This document shows, piece by piece, positions 21,133 through 31,718 of a stretch of DNA of 64,000 bases (its first letter is position 1; every line of letters starts with the position of its first letter). A program made the translations under genes and the position numbers. Source of the DNA: Promethearchaeota archaeon (GTDB lineage: Archaea > Asgardarchaeota > Lokiarchaeia > Sigyniarchaeales > SOKP01); the NCBI GenBank assembly GCA_016839705.1, contig JAEOTR010000016.1:73556-137555 (forward strand). Direction: 5' to 3'. Under the pieces are notes generated by a model. That model made no database searches. It had not been told where the DNA came from and saw only the letters and a program-made list of their open reading frames with translations.

Positions 21133-22680
21133 ATAGAGCTGAATAGAAAGGATTACGGGACAGTTCTCACACCCCCTAAAACCGCAGAATATATTGTATC
21201 GAGATTAGGACCATTCAATGAAGAACAAAAGATTTTGGATCCGTGTGTGGGTCCTGGAATCTTTGTATCTAAATTATTAGAAGCAGGAATTAATAAAAAT
21301 CAAATTCATACATTTGATGTGAATGTAAATTATAAACCTGAGATGGAAAAGTTAGGAGTTTCCTTTAAAAAGCAAGATACTCTTCTAACTTTATATCCTG
21401 ATTCTTATTATGAATATGATATTATTCTAGGAAATCCTCCCTACTTAAATAAATCAAGCGTATATGTTAAACAAAATAAAAATACATTAAGAAAAATTTA
21501 TGGAAAGGTAAATGCTCACGAAACTTATTCAATGTTCATATTAAATAGTATTTGGAGATTAAAGGAAGGAGGAAAATTGGGTTTTATTACAAGTGACTCA
21601 TTTTTAACCCTCAGTACTCATCAAAAGCTAAGAAGATTTATTCTAAATAACTGTGAAATTAATGAAATTCTTCTTGCCCCAAAGGATTTGTTTTCTAATC
21701 AAAATGTAAGTACTAGTCCAGTTATCATTATTTTAACGAAATGCACTGGTCGAAAGAATAAAAGGATCAGAGAAAAAAATAAAATGAAGATTATCCCTCG
21801 AGTTAATAGTGAGGATGATTATCTATCATTGGGAATTGTAAATGAAATAGAGCAAGAGAAATACAATACTTTCCCATTTAATATATTTTATAATGATGTT
21901 GAAGAAGAAGTAATAGAACTGTTTGAAAAATCCCCTAAATTAGAAGAATACTTAAAAGGATTTATTGGAATGCATACACATAATAATAGAAACTATATTG
22001 GGGCAGTTGAGGGAACAGAATTAGCTGAGATCTTTACAAAACGAAATAGAAGCATACTAGATCCTGATCAAGAATATAGAATCGTTTCAAGAAAGGATTT
22101 AGGGAGTGATCATTGGAAACCTTATTTGAAGAGGGGAGGTGCTGAACAATATTACCGGCCAATAATAGAAGCCTTAAACTGGAGAAAAGAATCAAAAGAA
22201 GTATATGATATTCCAAAAAACGTCCCTTTTGAAGAAGAAGGATTAGTGATTAGTGGTGTGAGTTCCAGATTAGCTGCTCGATACATGCCAAGAGGTTGTT
22301 ATTGGGATTCGAATAAAGCAATTGGTTTTATAATCAAGAATAAATCTATTTCTATTCATTATATGTTGGGGTTGCTGAACAGTTCACTATATAACTACTT
22401 CGCGAAAGGGATTATTAACAACACTAATAGTATCCAAATTTCAGGAATTCATGCTTTACCGTTCACTATCCCTAATGAAGAATTAAAAGAAGAAATTGAA
22501 ATATTAGTTAATAGAATTATACAAGCAAGGAAAAATAACCTAAAATTCGATATTATAAAGCAGCAAAAAGTAATCGATGAAAAAATTTTCGACTTCTATG
22601 CCAAGAGATTCAGACTTCCCATGAAACTTAAGAAAAAACTTGATGAGCAGTTTTCGATTTATAAACCTAATAGAGATTAA
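21133..22680 (+). CDS. N6-adenine DNA methyltransferase with TaqI-like C-terminal specificity region
   Basis: DPCVGPG, GNPPY, GLLNSSL. The frame is open upstream of the called TTG back to 21127 and includes YGTVLTPPKTAEYIV (motif X), so the start is likely non-canonical near 21133. Confidence 0.85.
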   Translation: MELNRKDYGTVLTPPKTAEYIVSRLGPFNEEQKILDPCVGPGIFVSKLLEAGINKNQIHTFDVNVNYKPEMEKLGVSFKKQDTLLTLYPDSYYEYDIILGNPPYLNKSSVYVKQNKNTLRKIYGKVNAHETYSMFILNSIWRLKEGGKLGFITSDSFLTLSTHQKLRRFILNNCEINEILLAPKDLFSNQNVSTSPVIIILTKCTGRKNKRIREKNKMKIIPRVNSEDDYLSLGIVNEIEQEKYNTFPFNIFYNDVEEEVIELFEKSPKLEEYLKGFIGMHTHNNRNYIGAVEGTELAEIFTKRNRSILDPDQEYRIVSRKDLGSDHWKPYLKRGGAEQYYRPIIEALNWRKESKEVYDIPKNVPFEEEGLVISGVSSRLAARYMPRGCYWDSNKAIGFIIKNKSISIHYMLGLLNSSLYNYFAKGIINNTNSIQISGIHALPFTIPNEELKEEIEILVNRIIQARKNNLKFDIIKQQKVIDEKIFDFYAKRFRLPMKLKKKLDEQFSIYKPNRD

Positions 22681-22681
22681 T

Positions 22682-24505
22682 CTATAGCTTTTCTCCTCTT
22701 ATTTCATTCTCATATTTCTTTCTACGTTCTTTAAGATATTCGGGAATAGGAACATCCCACCATCCCATAGCGGGGCTCCCTGTGAATGGAAATTCACGAT
22801 TCACTAATATTTCAATGACCGATGGTTTTGCTGATTTACTTGCCCTTTCTAATGCAGGAATAATCTCTTCCTTCTTAGAGATCCTTTCAGCATAACACCC
22901 AAATGCTTCCCCAATTTCTGCGAAATTAGGTGAATAGCTTTTTCCATTTTTAGTTGTAAATGCTGTACCATATGCTCTATCTTCTCCATATGCTGATTGT
23001 TGCAAATCTTTAATTGCAATCCATCCATGATTATTAAGCACTAAAAAGAAAATATTTGTCATATCTAATTGAACAGCTACTGACAGTTCTGAAATTGTCA
23101 TCATAAAGTCCCCGTCTCCTATAAGGGCCACAACCTGTCGATTTGGTTTACCAATATCAATTGAACCTAATTTAGCACCGATCGCTGCGGGAAGGCTGTA
23201 GCCCATTGTTGAAAATCCTCCAGCAGTAATACAAGTTTTTGGTTCATAAAATTCGAGTTCTTGGATCATTTGAGCTTGTACATTTCCAGAGCTAGTCACA
23301 ATTACAGCATCTCTTTCGAAAAATTTCCTTATTTCCCGAAGTACTGAAGAAATCATAACTGGGCTTTTTTCCTCATCTATATACTCATTTAAGAATTTAA
23401 TCCAATTTTTCTTTTCCACCTGTATCTCCTTGAAATAATCTGTATTTCTATAATCTTTTGAAAATCTCTCTTTGGCTAAAATATCAAGAATCTGCCTTAA
23501 ACAGGATTTTGCATCACTAACAATTCCTATGCTAACTGGATAATTTTTGCCAATTTCATGAGGATCTATATCAATTTGAATCAATTTCGTAGGAGGAATT
23601 GAAAAACTTACCCCCTCTTTGTATGAACTTGCAGTTTCATCAGCAAAACGACACCCCACTGAAATTATCACATCAGCTGTAGAAGTAACTTTTAAACCGA
23701 TAGATGTTCCTTTACTTCCAGTACTCCAGGCAAATAAGGGGTGATCATTTGGGAAAGCATCTTTTGCCATCATCGTAACTACTACTGCAGCCCCAATTTT
23801 TTCTGCTAATTCTTTAACTTCTTCAAAAGCCTCAGCGGAGACTATACCACCTCCTAACAATAAAACCGGTCTTTTTGAACCCTTTATTATTTTCACAGCT
23901 TTCTGAATGAGTGCAGGGTCGCCTAGAACTCGTCCATTGGATCTTCTCTCAAGCGGTTCAGGAATTTCGACATCACTTGCAACTGCTTGTACATCCATAG
24001 GGAGGTCAATTACAACTGGACCATTTCTACCTGTTATCATCTGGTTAAAAGCTCTTTGTAAAATTGTAGGTAACTGTGCGATTGAACTAACTTGCCATAC
24101 ACGCTTACTTATAGGTTCCAATATTCGATACATATCAGAATCTCGTCTTCGTTCAATTTCTTGAAGTACACCCTGTCCTCTCATATGGACATGAGTATCT
24201 CCTGTTAAGACTAAAACCGGCATACTATCAACATATGCATCCGCAACACCAATAGCTGTATTAATCGCACCAGGTCCAATAGATGTAAATACACATAAAG
24301 GCTGTTTAGTTATTCTATAGTAACCTATTGCCATGTGAACAGCACTCATTTCCTGTTTGGGTTGAATTAAGGTGATCTTATCTTGATTTTTGTAAAATGC
24401 ATCAGTTAAAGCTAAATTGCCGTGCCCTGGGATTCCTAAAACATATTTGACACCTTCTTTAATAAGATACTTAGCAATTATCTCGCCACCAGTATAATTC
24501 ATCAT
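22682..24505 (-). CDS. Thiamine-diphosphate-dependent enzyme (acetolactate synthase/IolD-like)
   Basis: GIPGHGN, TSIGPG, GDGDF...NN ThDP motif. Confidence 0.85.
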   Translation of the reverse strand: MMNYTGGEIIAKYLIKEGVKYVLGIPGHGNLALTDAFYKNQDKITLIQPKQEMSAVHMAIGYYRITKQPLCVFTSIGPGAINTAIGVADAYVDSMPVLVLTGDTHVHMRGQGVLQEIERRRDSDMYRILEPISKRVWQVSSIAQLPTILQRAFNQMITGRNGPVVIDLPMDVQAVASDVEIPEPLERRSNGRVLGDPALIQKAVKIIKGSKRPVLLLGGGIVSAEAFEEVKELAEKIGAAVVVTMMAKDAFPNDHPLFAWSTGSKGTSIGLKVTSTADVIISVGCRFADETASSYKEGVSFSIPPTKLIQIDIDPHEIGKNYPVSIGIVSDAKSCLRQILDILAKERFSKDYRNTDYFKEIQVEKKNWIKFLNEYIDEEKSPVMISSVLREIRKFFERDAVIVTSSGNVQAQMIQELEFYEPKTCITAGGFSTMGYSLPAAIGAKLGSIDIGKPNRQVVALIGDGDFMMTISELSVAVQLDMTNIFFLVLNNHGWIAIKDLQQSAYGEDRAYGTAFTTKNGKSYSPNFAEIGEAFGCYAERISKKEEIIPALERASKSAKPSVIEILVNREFPFTGSPAMGWWDVPIPEYLKERRKKYENEIRGEKL

Positions 24506-24687
24506 AATTGTACTCCTAATTTTTATTTAGTTTAACATATAAAATTTTTAATTGAAAGTTAAATAAGATTTTAATTATATTGAAACTCTAAAAGGAATTA
24601 GTCTTAAGTTTCCATATATTATTTTAATAATAATATGTAATACATTAATACTAAAAAATGTATAAAAACAAAATAAAATGATTTTCT

Positions 24688-25722
24688 ATGGTTATTGAAA
24701 CGGATATAACTAAAATGTTTGGAATCAAACATCCTATAATTGGAGCTCCCATGGGCCCTTTTTATACAACAGATTTAACAATTGCGGTCTCAGAAGCTGG
24801 CGGCTTAGGAGTACTAAGCCATACCAACTTATTTGGAGGAAGCCCAATTGAGGAAATGAAAAAAAACATGCTATATGTGGTAGAACATACTGACAAACCA
24901 TTTGGATTTAATGTTAGGACCGCACGTATGCAACCAGACGCTCCTTCACTTTGTAGAAAAATTCCACAATTCATAATGAATAATCCTAAAATTAAGGAAC
25001 AATGCAGGTATGTAATCACAAGTGCAGGTTCCCCTAAAATGATGAAAACAAAAAGTTTTCAAAAGCTAAAAGAAAGTGGGTCAGAGATAAAACATTTTCA
25101 TGTCGCCCCAGCATTATGGCTCGCAGATAAATGCATTGCAGCGGAAGTTGATGGTATGGTAGTAACGGGAGGCGAAGGTGGAGGACATCAATCATATGAA
25201 AAAGTAAGTACATTAGTTTTACTTCAACAGGTCGCAGAAAAATATCCAGATTTGCCTATAATTGCGTGTGGGGGTTTTGCGACAGGTATGGGACTAGCAG
25301 CAGCTTTAGCTATGGGTGCTGGTGCAGTAGCAATGGGTTCAAGATTCATTGCATCAAAAGAAAGCGAATTTCACGAAAATTATAAAAATGTTGTCCCCTC
25401 TGCTAAAGCTCAAGATACTATTCTAGTAACTGGATTTTTTGGACCTATTAGATTATGGAAAAATAAATACGCTTTATCCCATGATCTTGTTGCCACTAAA
25501 GAAGAAAAAATCGCAATAGAAACTGCACTGACTGCCGAAGAAATGATGGACCAATTAAAAAAAGGTGAACTTGCTTATCAAGGAAATATTGAAGATGGGA
25601 GTATTCTTTTAGGTCAAAGTATTGGAATTATAAATTCAATTGAAAGTGTAAAAGATATTATCAATTCAATTGTCTCTGATGCAGAGAAATCCTTAAAAAG
25701 TGCCTATACGCAAATTAAATAG
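24688..25722 (+). CDS. Nitronate monooxygenase / FabK-like FMN oxidoreductase
   Basis: HPIIGAPM, AVSEAGGLG, GGEGGGH, MGSRF, GQSIG. Confidence 0.85.
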   Translation: MVIETDITKMFGIKHPIIGAPMGPFYTTDLTIAVSEAGGLGVLSHTNLFGGSPIEEMKKNMLYVVEHTDKPFGFNVRTARMQPDAPSLCRKIPQFIMNNPKIKEQCRYVITSAGSPKMMKTKSFQKLKESGSEIKHFHVAPALWLADKCIAAEVDGMVVTGGEGGGHQSYEKVSTLVLLQQVAEKYPDLPIIACGGFATGMGLAAALAMGAGAVAMGSRFIASKESEFHENYKNVVPSAKAQDTILVTGFFGPIRLWKNKYALSHDLVATKEEKIAIETALTAEEMMDQLKKGELAYQGNIEDGSILLGQSIGIINSIESVKDIINSIVSDAEKSLKSAYTQIK

Positions 25723-25903
25723 TTAAATTTTTAATAATATATCACTAAGTAAGCAGTTTTTTTGAATTTTGTTTTTTTTTCTCTTTAATCATTGTTAGAA
25801 AAAAAGTTTGAAAATTTCTATGCCCTTTCGATTTATAAATCAAAATTCAAGAGATAGAATTAAAAACGATTAGAAAAATTAGTGCAAATCTACTTAGAGA
25901 TAA

Positions 25904-27229
25904 ATGCCATCTACTTTAGAAAAGATTCGAGTTTTGGGAGAAAATTCAAAATATGATATTTGTGCAAGTACCGCTTCAAGTCGTACCGCTAAATATCCAA
26001 AACTCTTTGGAGATACGAAAAAATGGATAGGAGCTACTGCAAGTGCAGGTATTTGCCATAGTTATACTCCTGATGGTAGATGCATGAGTCTTTTCAAAAC
26101 TCTCTATACTAACAAATGTATCTATGATTGTAAATACTGCTTTTCTCATTCCTGTAAGAAGAAGATGAGCTTCACACCAGAGGAATATGCACGTACTTTT
26201 ATGAAACTTTATTCAATGAATACAGTAGAAGGAGTATTCATATCATCTGGAGTTTGTGGAAGTGCTGATAAGACCACAGAGGATATGTTGGAAGCGATAA
26301 GACTTCTTAGATTCAAATACAATTTTCGAGGATATGTACATTTTAAATGCTTACCTGGCGTTAGTAAATATCTACTAAAAGAAGCTATAACATTATCTGA
26401 TCGTATCTCAGTCAATACAGAAGCTTCTACCAAAGATCATCTCTCTGAAATTGCGGATCAAAAAGATTTTAATAATGATATTCTAACTCGTCAACGCTGG
26501 TTAAAGCAGATTCGGATTAGACATAACGATGAAACTCTTAAAACAATGAAGGATTTGAAACAAGACAACAAATTAGAGTTCCAAGAAAAAATGATTAAAG
26601 ATAGAAGAGCAAACGGATACAAAAAGTTCAGATGGGATTCTGCACCTATTTTAAACAGCGGTCAGACTACTCAGTTTGTGGTAGGGGCTGCTGAGAGTGA
26701 AACTGATTATGATCTACTTAAAAGAATTGATTGGGGATATCGGGAAATTGATTTAAGGCGTGCTTATTTTTCATCTTTCATTCCAATTGAAGGTACCCCT
26801 TTAGCAGGTAAACAAGCAGCCTCACTTGCGAGAGAACATCGTTTATATCAAACAGATTGGCTACTTCGGATATATCATTATAATTTGAAAGATATAGAAG
26901 AAGTAATTACCGAAGAAGGTAATTTACCACAAGGAGATCCGAAAGTTCATTTGGCTAGGAAATATTTTAAAGATCATAGTCTGGTAGATCCAAATCTCGT
27001 ATCATATAATGAGTTATTACGCGTCCCAGGAATCGGTCCCATTTCAGCGAAAAGAATTATAAACTTACGAGCGAAAAAATTTTTTATTAAACGCCGTGAG
27101 GATTTAAAATCTGTTGGTGTAGTATTAAAAAGAGCCGATCCTTTTCTACAAATAAATGGCCAGAATCAAACAACACTTCAAAATTTTTTCAATCTTGAGA
27201 ATAGCACTATGCAAAGTGAAATTAAATGA
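25904..27229 (+). CDS. Putative DNA modification/repair radical SAM protein with HhH (TIGR03916-like)
   Basis: GICHSYTPDGRC, CIYDCKYC, GQTTQFVVG, REHRLYQTDWLLR, LLRVPGIGP. Confidence 0.88.
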   Translation: MPSTLEKIRVLGENSKYDICASTASSRTAKYPKLFGDTKKWIGATASAGICHSYTPDGRCMSLFKTLYTNKCIYDCKYCFSHSCKKKMSFTPEEYARTFMKLYSMNTVEGVFISSGVCGSADKTTEDMLEAIRLLRFKYNFRGYVHFKCLPGVSKYLLKEAITLSDRISVNTEASTKDHLSEIADQKDFNNDILTRQRWLKQIRIRHNDETLKTMKDLKQDNKLEFQEKMIKDRRANGYKKFRWDSAPILNSGQTTQFVVGAAESETDYDLLKRIDWGYREIDLRRAYFSSFIPIEGTPLAGKQAASLAREHRLYQTDWLLRIYHYNLKDIEEVITEEGNLPQGDPKVHLARKYFKDHSLVDPNLVSYNELLRVPGIGPISAKRIINLRAKKFFIKRREDLKSVGVVLKRADPFLQINGQNQTTLQNFFNLENSTMQSEIK

Positions 27230-27888
27230 CAAAAAAAAGTTGTGAACAAGATCCGTTAGAAGTTGTAGGTCGTACTAAAGGTTATTCACATGAAGAATTA
27301 ATTGAAAATCTTCCCCGTCATTGTAAATCATCTCCAATTCTAATCCAACAGGTACAGGAAATGCCTGAAGTAGTTTTACGCAATTCAGGCACGCTTATTG
27401 CTAAAAAAGTAAAAAAAATGATGGGAGAAGTTTATACAGAAGCTTATCGAGCAAGGCAATTTACAAGGACAGAAATAAATAATCGGGGTGTATTATTTGG
27501 GGTGGTCTTGCTTAAACACAGAGTAATTGATCTTGTCCTTAATTATTTTCACGAAAGATTTCCAGAATGTATAATATGTTTATACAACGAGCATAACCAT
27601 AAAACAACTACAATAGACGAAAAAGGAAATATTCGTGTGTATAAATCTCAATTAAATAAGGTTGTAAGAATAGTTAGTGATCCTCGCCCCATTGTTCCAT
27701 ATTTCGAAGACATCCAGTTTACTGGGAAACAAATCTTTGAAACTCTGTATACCTCACAATTTATTCCTGAACGAGAAAACAGAGAATTTTTTAAAAGAAT
27801 GATTCCAGACAAATGTTTTGAGTTACCTGGGATGAAAGAAGGAGTAGAAAAACGGTTTCGAAATAAGAAATTGAGTGATTTTTTTTGA
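27226..27888 (+). CDS. DUF4130-like partner of the radical SAM protein
   Basis: ATGA overlap with the rSAM gene; EAYRARQFTR, YFHERF, YTSQFIPEREN...MIP resemble DUF4130. Confidence 0.7.
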   Translation: MTKKSCEQDPLEVVGRTKGYSHEELIENLPRHCKSSPILIQQVQEMPEVVLRNSGTLIAKKVKKMMGEVYTEAYRARQFTRTEINNRGVLFGVVLLKHRVIDLVLNYFHERFPECIICLYNEHNHKTTTIDEKGNIRVYKSQLNKVVRIVSDPRPIVPYFEDIQFTGKQIFETLYTSQFIPERENREFFKRMIPDKCFELPGMKEGVEKRFRNKKLSDFF

Positions 27889-27890
27889 TT

Positions 27891-28667
27891 TTACATTATC
27901 TGAGCAAATATTTCTTTTGCTTCTTGATATGAAGAATTATCCTTTGGGAGATCTAACAAATTCCCTCCAGTCAGGTTTATCGCACTAATTTCATCATTAT
28001 TTGATATGAAACCCAAAAGTTTTACATTTTGTTGATTTATCTTTTCTATTTCATCTATTAAGATTTTTCTTAAATTAGCTGGGAATCGATTTCCTAAAAC
28101 CCAAATAATTTCAAATTTTAAATCTACTTCTGAAGTAATTTCTAATATACGCTTTAGCGTGTGGATACCCATTTTTGAAGGATCTGTAACAATAACTAAA
28201 TCTGTGACATTTCGTCCAGTTTTACGAGCAAAGTGTTCTAAACCTGCGGGAGAATCTAGTAATGTAATATCATAGTTTTTCGCAAGTGTATCGACCACAT
28301 TTTTTAGCACTGAATTAATGTAACAATAGCAACCTTCACCTTCTTGACGTCCCATTTCCAATAAGTCAAAATCATCCATTTCAATAAGACAATCATAGAC
28401 ATCACCTTCAATTATTTGGTTTTTTGGGACATCTAGAGGAAGTTGTCTCTTTTGGATTTTATCCTTTAGATCTTTCATTTTCCCACCAATAGTGTCGCAA
28501 AACTGAACCTCTTCGCCAATTACATCAGCAATATTAGCATCAGGGTCAGAATCTATTACTAAAATATCCAGTTTATTTTTAGTTTCTATAATATATTTTA
28601 AAAAAAGTGCTAGAGAAGTAGTTTTACCTACACCTCCCTTTCCAGAAAACGCTACGATCCTCTTCAT
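27891..28667 (-). CDS. cooC: CooC/AcsF-type nickel-insertion ATPase
   Basis: GKGGVGKT, DSDPD, GEGCYC, AGLEHF. Confidence 0.85.
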   Translation of the reverse strand: MKRIVAFSGKGGVGKTTSLALFLKYIIETKNKLDILVIDSDPDANIADVIGEEVQFCDTIGGKMKDLKDKIQKRQLPLDVPKNQIIEGDVYDCLIEMDDFDLLEMGRQEGEGCYCYINSVLKNVVDTLAKNYDITLLDSPAGLEHFARKTGRNVTDLVIVTDPSKMGIHTLKRILEITSEVDLKFEIIWVLGNRFPANLRKILIDEIEKINQQNVKLLGFISNNDEISAINLTGGNLLDLPKDNSSYQEAKEIFAQIM

Positions 28668-28820
28668 TTATAAAATTACACCTAAAATAATAATTTGCTA
28701 TGTAATGTTAATGGAATTAAAATTAAAAATTTATTATAAATAATTTAGAAGACTTAAGAGTGATTAGGAAAAATAAATTAATCGAATTAGACAAGAAACT
28801 AATATTAAATAGAAAATACT

Positions 28821-29285
28821 ATGGAAATCATGTCAATTCGTTATATTAAGAAATGTGAAATGAATGATTTATTAACCCTTTATACTCAGCTTCACCGAAA
28901 AGACACACCTTTACCAGAAAAATCTCGGTTATTATCTATTTGGGAGGAAATCACTACTAACTCCTTATTACATTATTTTGTGGTAGAATATGAAGATAAA
29001 ATAGTTTCTTCTTGTACTCTTTCTATCATACCAAATTTCACACGGAGTGGGAGGCCATATGGGTTGATTGAGAATGTAGTAACTCGTTCAGATTATCGAA
29101 GAAAGGGATTTGGGTTAAAAGTTCTCCGAGGTGCTCTTAAAGTTGCTTGGGAAAAAAATTGTTATAAGGAAATGTTATTAACAGGCTCAAAGGATCCCGC
29201 AATTCATCAATTTTATGAAAAATCAGGGTTTAAACAAGGGGTAAAAACAGGGTTTGTTGCGAATGCACCTGATTATCGGGGATAG
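28821..29285 (+). CDS. GNAT acetyltransferase
   Basis: IENVVT..YRRKGFG, FYEKSGF. Confidence 0.88.
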   Translation: MEIMSIRYIKKCEMNDLLTLYTQLHRKDTPLPEKSRLLSIWEEITTNSLLHYFVVEYEDKIVSSCTLSIIPNFTRSGRPYGLIENVVTRSDYRRKGFGLKVLRGALKVAWEKNCYKEMLLTGSKDPAIHQFYEKSGFKQGVKTGFVANAPDYRG

Positions 29286-29298
29286 GAGGAGATTAATC

Positions 29299-29973
29299 CT
29301 GAGAAATAAAACCTTAGATATTAAAGGAATTATTTTTGATTTTGATTTTACATTAGCAGACTCTTCAAAGGGAGTAATTGAATGCGTAAATTATGCCATA
29401 AAGAAGTTAGGATTCACAGAATTTTCCGGTGAGAAGATAAAAAAGACAATTGGTCTTACACTTGAACAATCTTTTTCAAGTTTAGTAGGAAAACAACATT
29501 TAGATAAAACTGAGAAATTTAAGTATTATTTCGTTGAAAGAGCAGATGAAATTATGTCAGATTTTACTGAGTTATATAGAGTAACATCTGATGTAATCAA
29601 ATTATTACATAATAGAGGGATTAAATTAGGGATCGTTTCTACGAAATTTCGCTATCGAATAATGAATATTCTAAAGAGAGAGGAGCTTTTAGATTTTTTT
29701 GATATTATTATAGGTGGTGAAGATGTTCAGAAGCATAAACCTGATCCGAGAGGTTTATTAAAAGCGATAAAGAAATTGAATTTATCTATTTCACAGGCTA
29801 TTTATGTAGGAGATAGCTTAACTGATGCTGAGACAGCCTTTAGAGCGGGAGTATCTTTCGTTGTAGTGCTTTCTGGTGTTACTCCTCAAAATGAATTTGA
29901 CAATTATCATGTTATTCAGTTCCTAAAAGACGTTTCTGAGATTCCTAGATTATTAAATTTAAATAAGGGTTAG
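29299..29973 (+). CDS. HAD-family phosphatase (phosphoglycolate phosphatase-like)
   Basis: FDFDFTL, KPDP, YVGDS. Start probably CTG 29299 after AGGAGG (29284-29289). Confidence 0.85.
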   Translation: MRNKTLDIKGIIFDFDFTLADSSKGVIECVNYAIKKLGFTEFSGEKIKKTIGLTLEQSFSSLVGKQHLDKTEKFKYYFVERADEIMSDFTELYRVTSDVIKLLHNRGIKLGIVSTKFRYRIMNILKREELLDFFDIIIGGEDVQKHKPDPRGLLKAIKKLNLSISQAIYVGDSLTDAETAFRAGVSFVVVLSGVTPQNEFDNYHVIQFLKDVSEIPRLLNLNKG

Positions 29974-30047
29974 AAACTAAATACATAGGGCTAATGGGTG
30001 TTAATTAAAATTATGTCTAGTAATTAACAATTTTCAATATAACCTAA

Positions 30048-30875
30048 TTATCTTCTTTGGTCTGGTCGTCTTTGCTCTTGTCGATAAACAGGTACGATTT
30101 TACTTGTGAATTCATCAACAGTATAGGGAAATTCTTCTAGACTATCTATCTTCCCTAATTCGAGCATAATTTTTCTTGCCAGAAGCCAAAAGGCTAAACC
30201 TAGTGCTTTTTTACCACGGTTATTCGCTGGAATTGCGAGGTCTATTCCATTTAATGTATCATCCGTATCAAATAGGGAAACTACAGGAGTTCGGGCTAAT
30301 TTAGCTTCACGTAGAATAACTTTATCTGCATGTGGATCAACAATTACTACAACTGAGGCGTCTTTTATATAGGTATCTATAAGCGGATTAGTTAAGCTAC
30401 CTGGTATAAATCTTGTTATAACTGATTTACACCCTAATACTTCACAAAATTTTTTAACAGGTTCTTTCCCGTATCTTCTCACTGAAGTTACTATAACTCG
30501 ATCGCTTCCCTCCTCGATGTATTTGCTCAAGAATTTTGCTGCGATCTGTAATCTTTCATCAGTTTTAGTCAAGTCAATGACGTAAAGTCCATAATTTGTT
30601 TGTCGATATATAAACCTTCGAGCATCTCCAGTCAGTAGTTTAGTTCCGATGTGTATCCCGCAACTCAAGTAAAGTTGTTTTCGTTCTTCGTCTTTATCAA
30701 TTAATTCTTCTTTAATATCTAATTCTGATTCAATATCTTCTGTATCTAATAATTCAAGTTCTTCTTCGAGATCTAAATCTTCCTCGAAATCCACTTCCAT
30801 ATTTTCTTCGAAGTCTTCAATGGTTGCCTCTTTATTCTCACTTTCTTTTTCTGATTTTTTTTTCTTTCTAGCCAA
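30048..30875 (-). CDS. rps2: 30S ribosomal protein uS2 with acidic N-terminal extension
   Basis: GIHIGT, RFIPGSLTN, DTD, IPANNRG. Confidence 0.95.
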   Translation of the reverse strand: MARKKKKSEKESENKEATIEDFEENMEVDFEEDLDLEEELELLDTEDIESELDIKEELIDKDEERKQLYLSCGIHIGTKLLTGDARRFIYRQTNYGLYVIDLTKTDERLQIAAKFLSKYIEEGSDRVIVTSVRRYGKEPVKKFCEVLGCKSVITRFIPGSLTNPLIDTYIKDASVVVIVDPHADKVILREAKLARTPVVSLFDTDDTLNGIDLAIPANNRGKKALGLAFWLLARKIMLELGKIDSLEEFPYTVDEFTSKIVPVYRQEQRRPDQRR

Positions 30876-31106
30876 GATAGTCGCCTTGCTTGTTTTTTCT
30901 TTTATTTCTTCTATTATTTATAACTTAATTTTAGAAAGCTATGAATAATTGAATAAATTTGACATAACTTTAATATTTTATTAAGAGTTTTGCTCTAAAA
31001 TAAACCAGATCTTAAGTATTAATATAGCAAAAATGATTTTAATTATTAATATAATTTATCATTCATAATCATAATAAATCAAAACTATTTTGCACTGGTT
31101 ATTACA

Positions 31107-31583
31107 ATGGCTTCCTACCGATTGATTTTTGGAATACTAATGGGAATTATTTTGAGCTTTTTAAGTGTGTTTTTTTTCAATATGGAAATTATTTTTAATC
31201 AAATCGAGAGTACTGCTGATTCTAATCCATTAAAGGCAATCGCATTGCTTATAGGAGCAAATTTTAAGTTTGATATTTTAGCTTTTTTTTCTGGATCTTC
31301 GGCTTTTTTAGTTGCTCAACTTCTTGCATGGCTTTTTATCGGATATATCGGTGGAACAATAGCTAAGGGATTCCGAAGAGGTATTATCGTAGGTTTATTA
31401 ATAGTTGTTATAGATATATTATTGTGGATTATTTTTAACATAGTATCCGGTGAAGATTTAATGGCATTATTCAGCGTGCAATTATCTGAAACTTTGGGTG
31501 GAATTATAAGCGCACTCTTAGGAGCATTTATAGGAGGCTTAATTGGTGGGATAATTAGTGGTCCTTATGAAGAGTTCTATTAG
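31107..31583 (+). CDS. Small multi-pass membrane protein (Gly-rich TM helices)
   Basis: About 4 hydrophobic helices with GxxxG repeats. Confidence 0.6.
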   Translation: MASYRLIFGILMGIILSFLSVFFFNMEIIFNQIESTADSNPLKAIALLIGANFKFDILAFFSGSSAFLVAQLLAWLFIGYIGGTIAKGFRRGIIVGLLIVVIDILLWIIFNIVSGEDLMALFSVQLSETLGGIISALLGAFIGGLIGGIISGPYEEFY

Positions 31584-31718
31584 GCTGTTATATTTGATAC
31601 TCAAGTTTTCTTATCACAAATTTTAATCAATTAACACCATATTTTTAATAATTAGGTTTAAGTCATTGAGTATTTTCTAATAATAACAATAACCTTTTCA
31701 AATTAAATATCAAGAATA

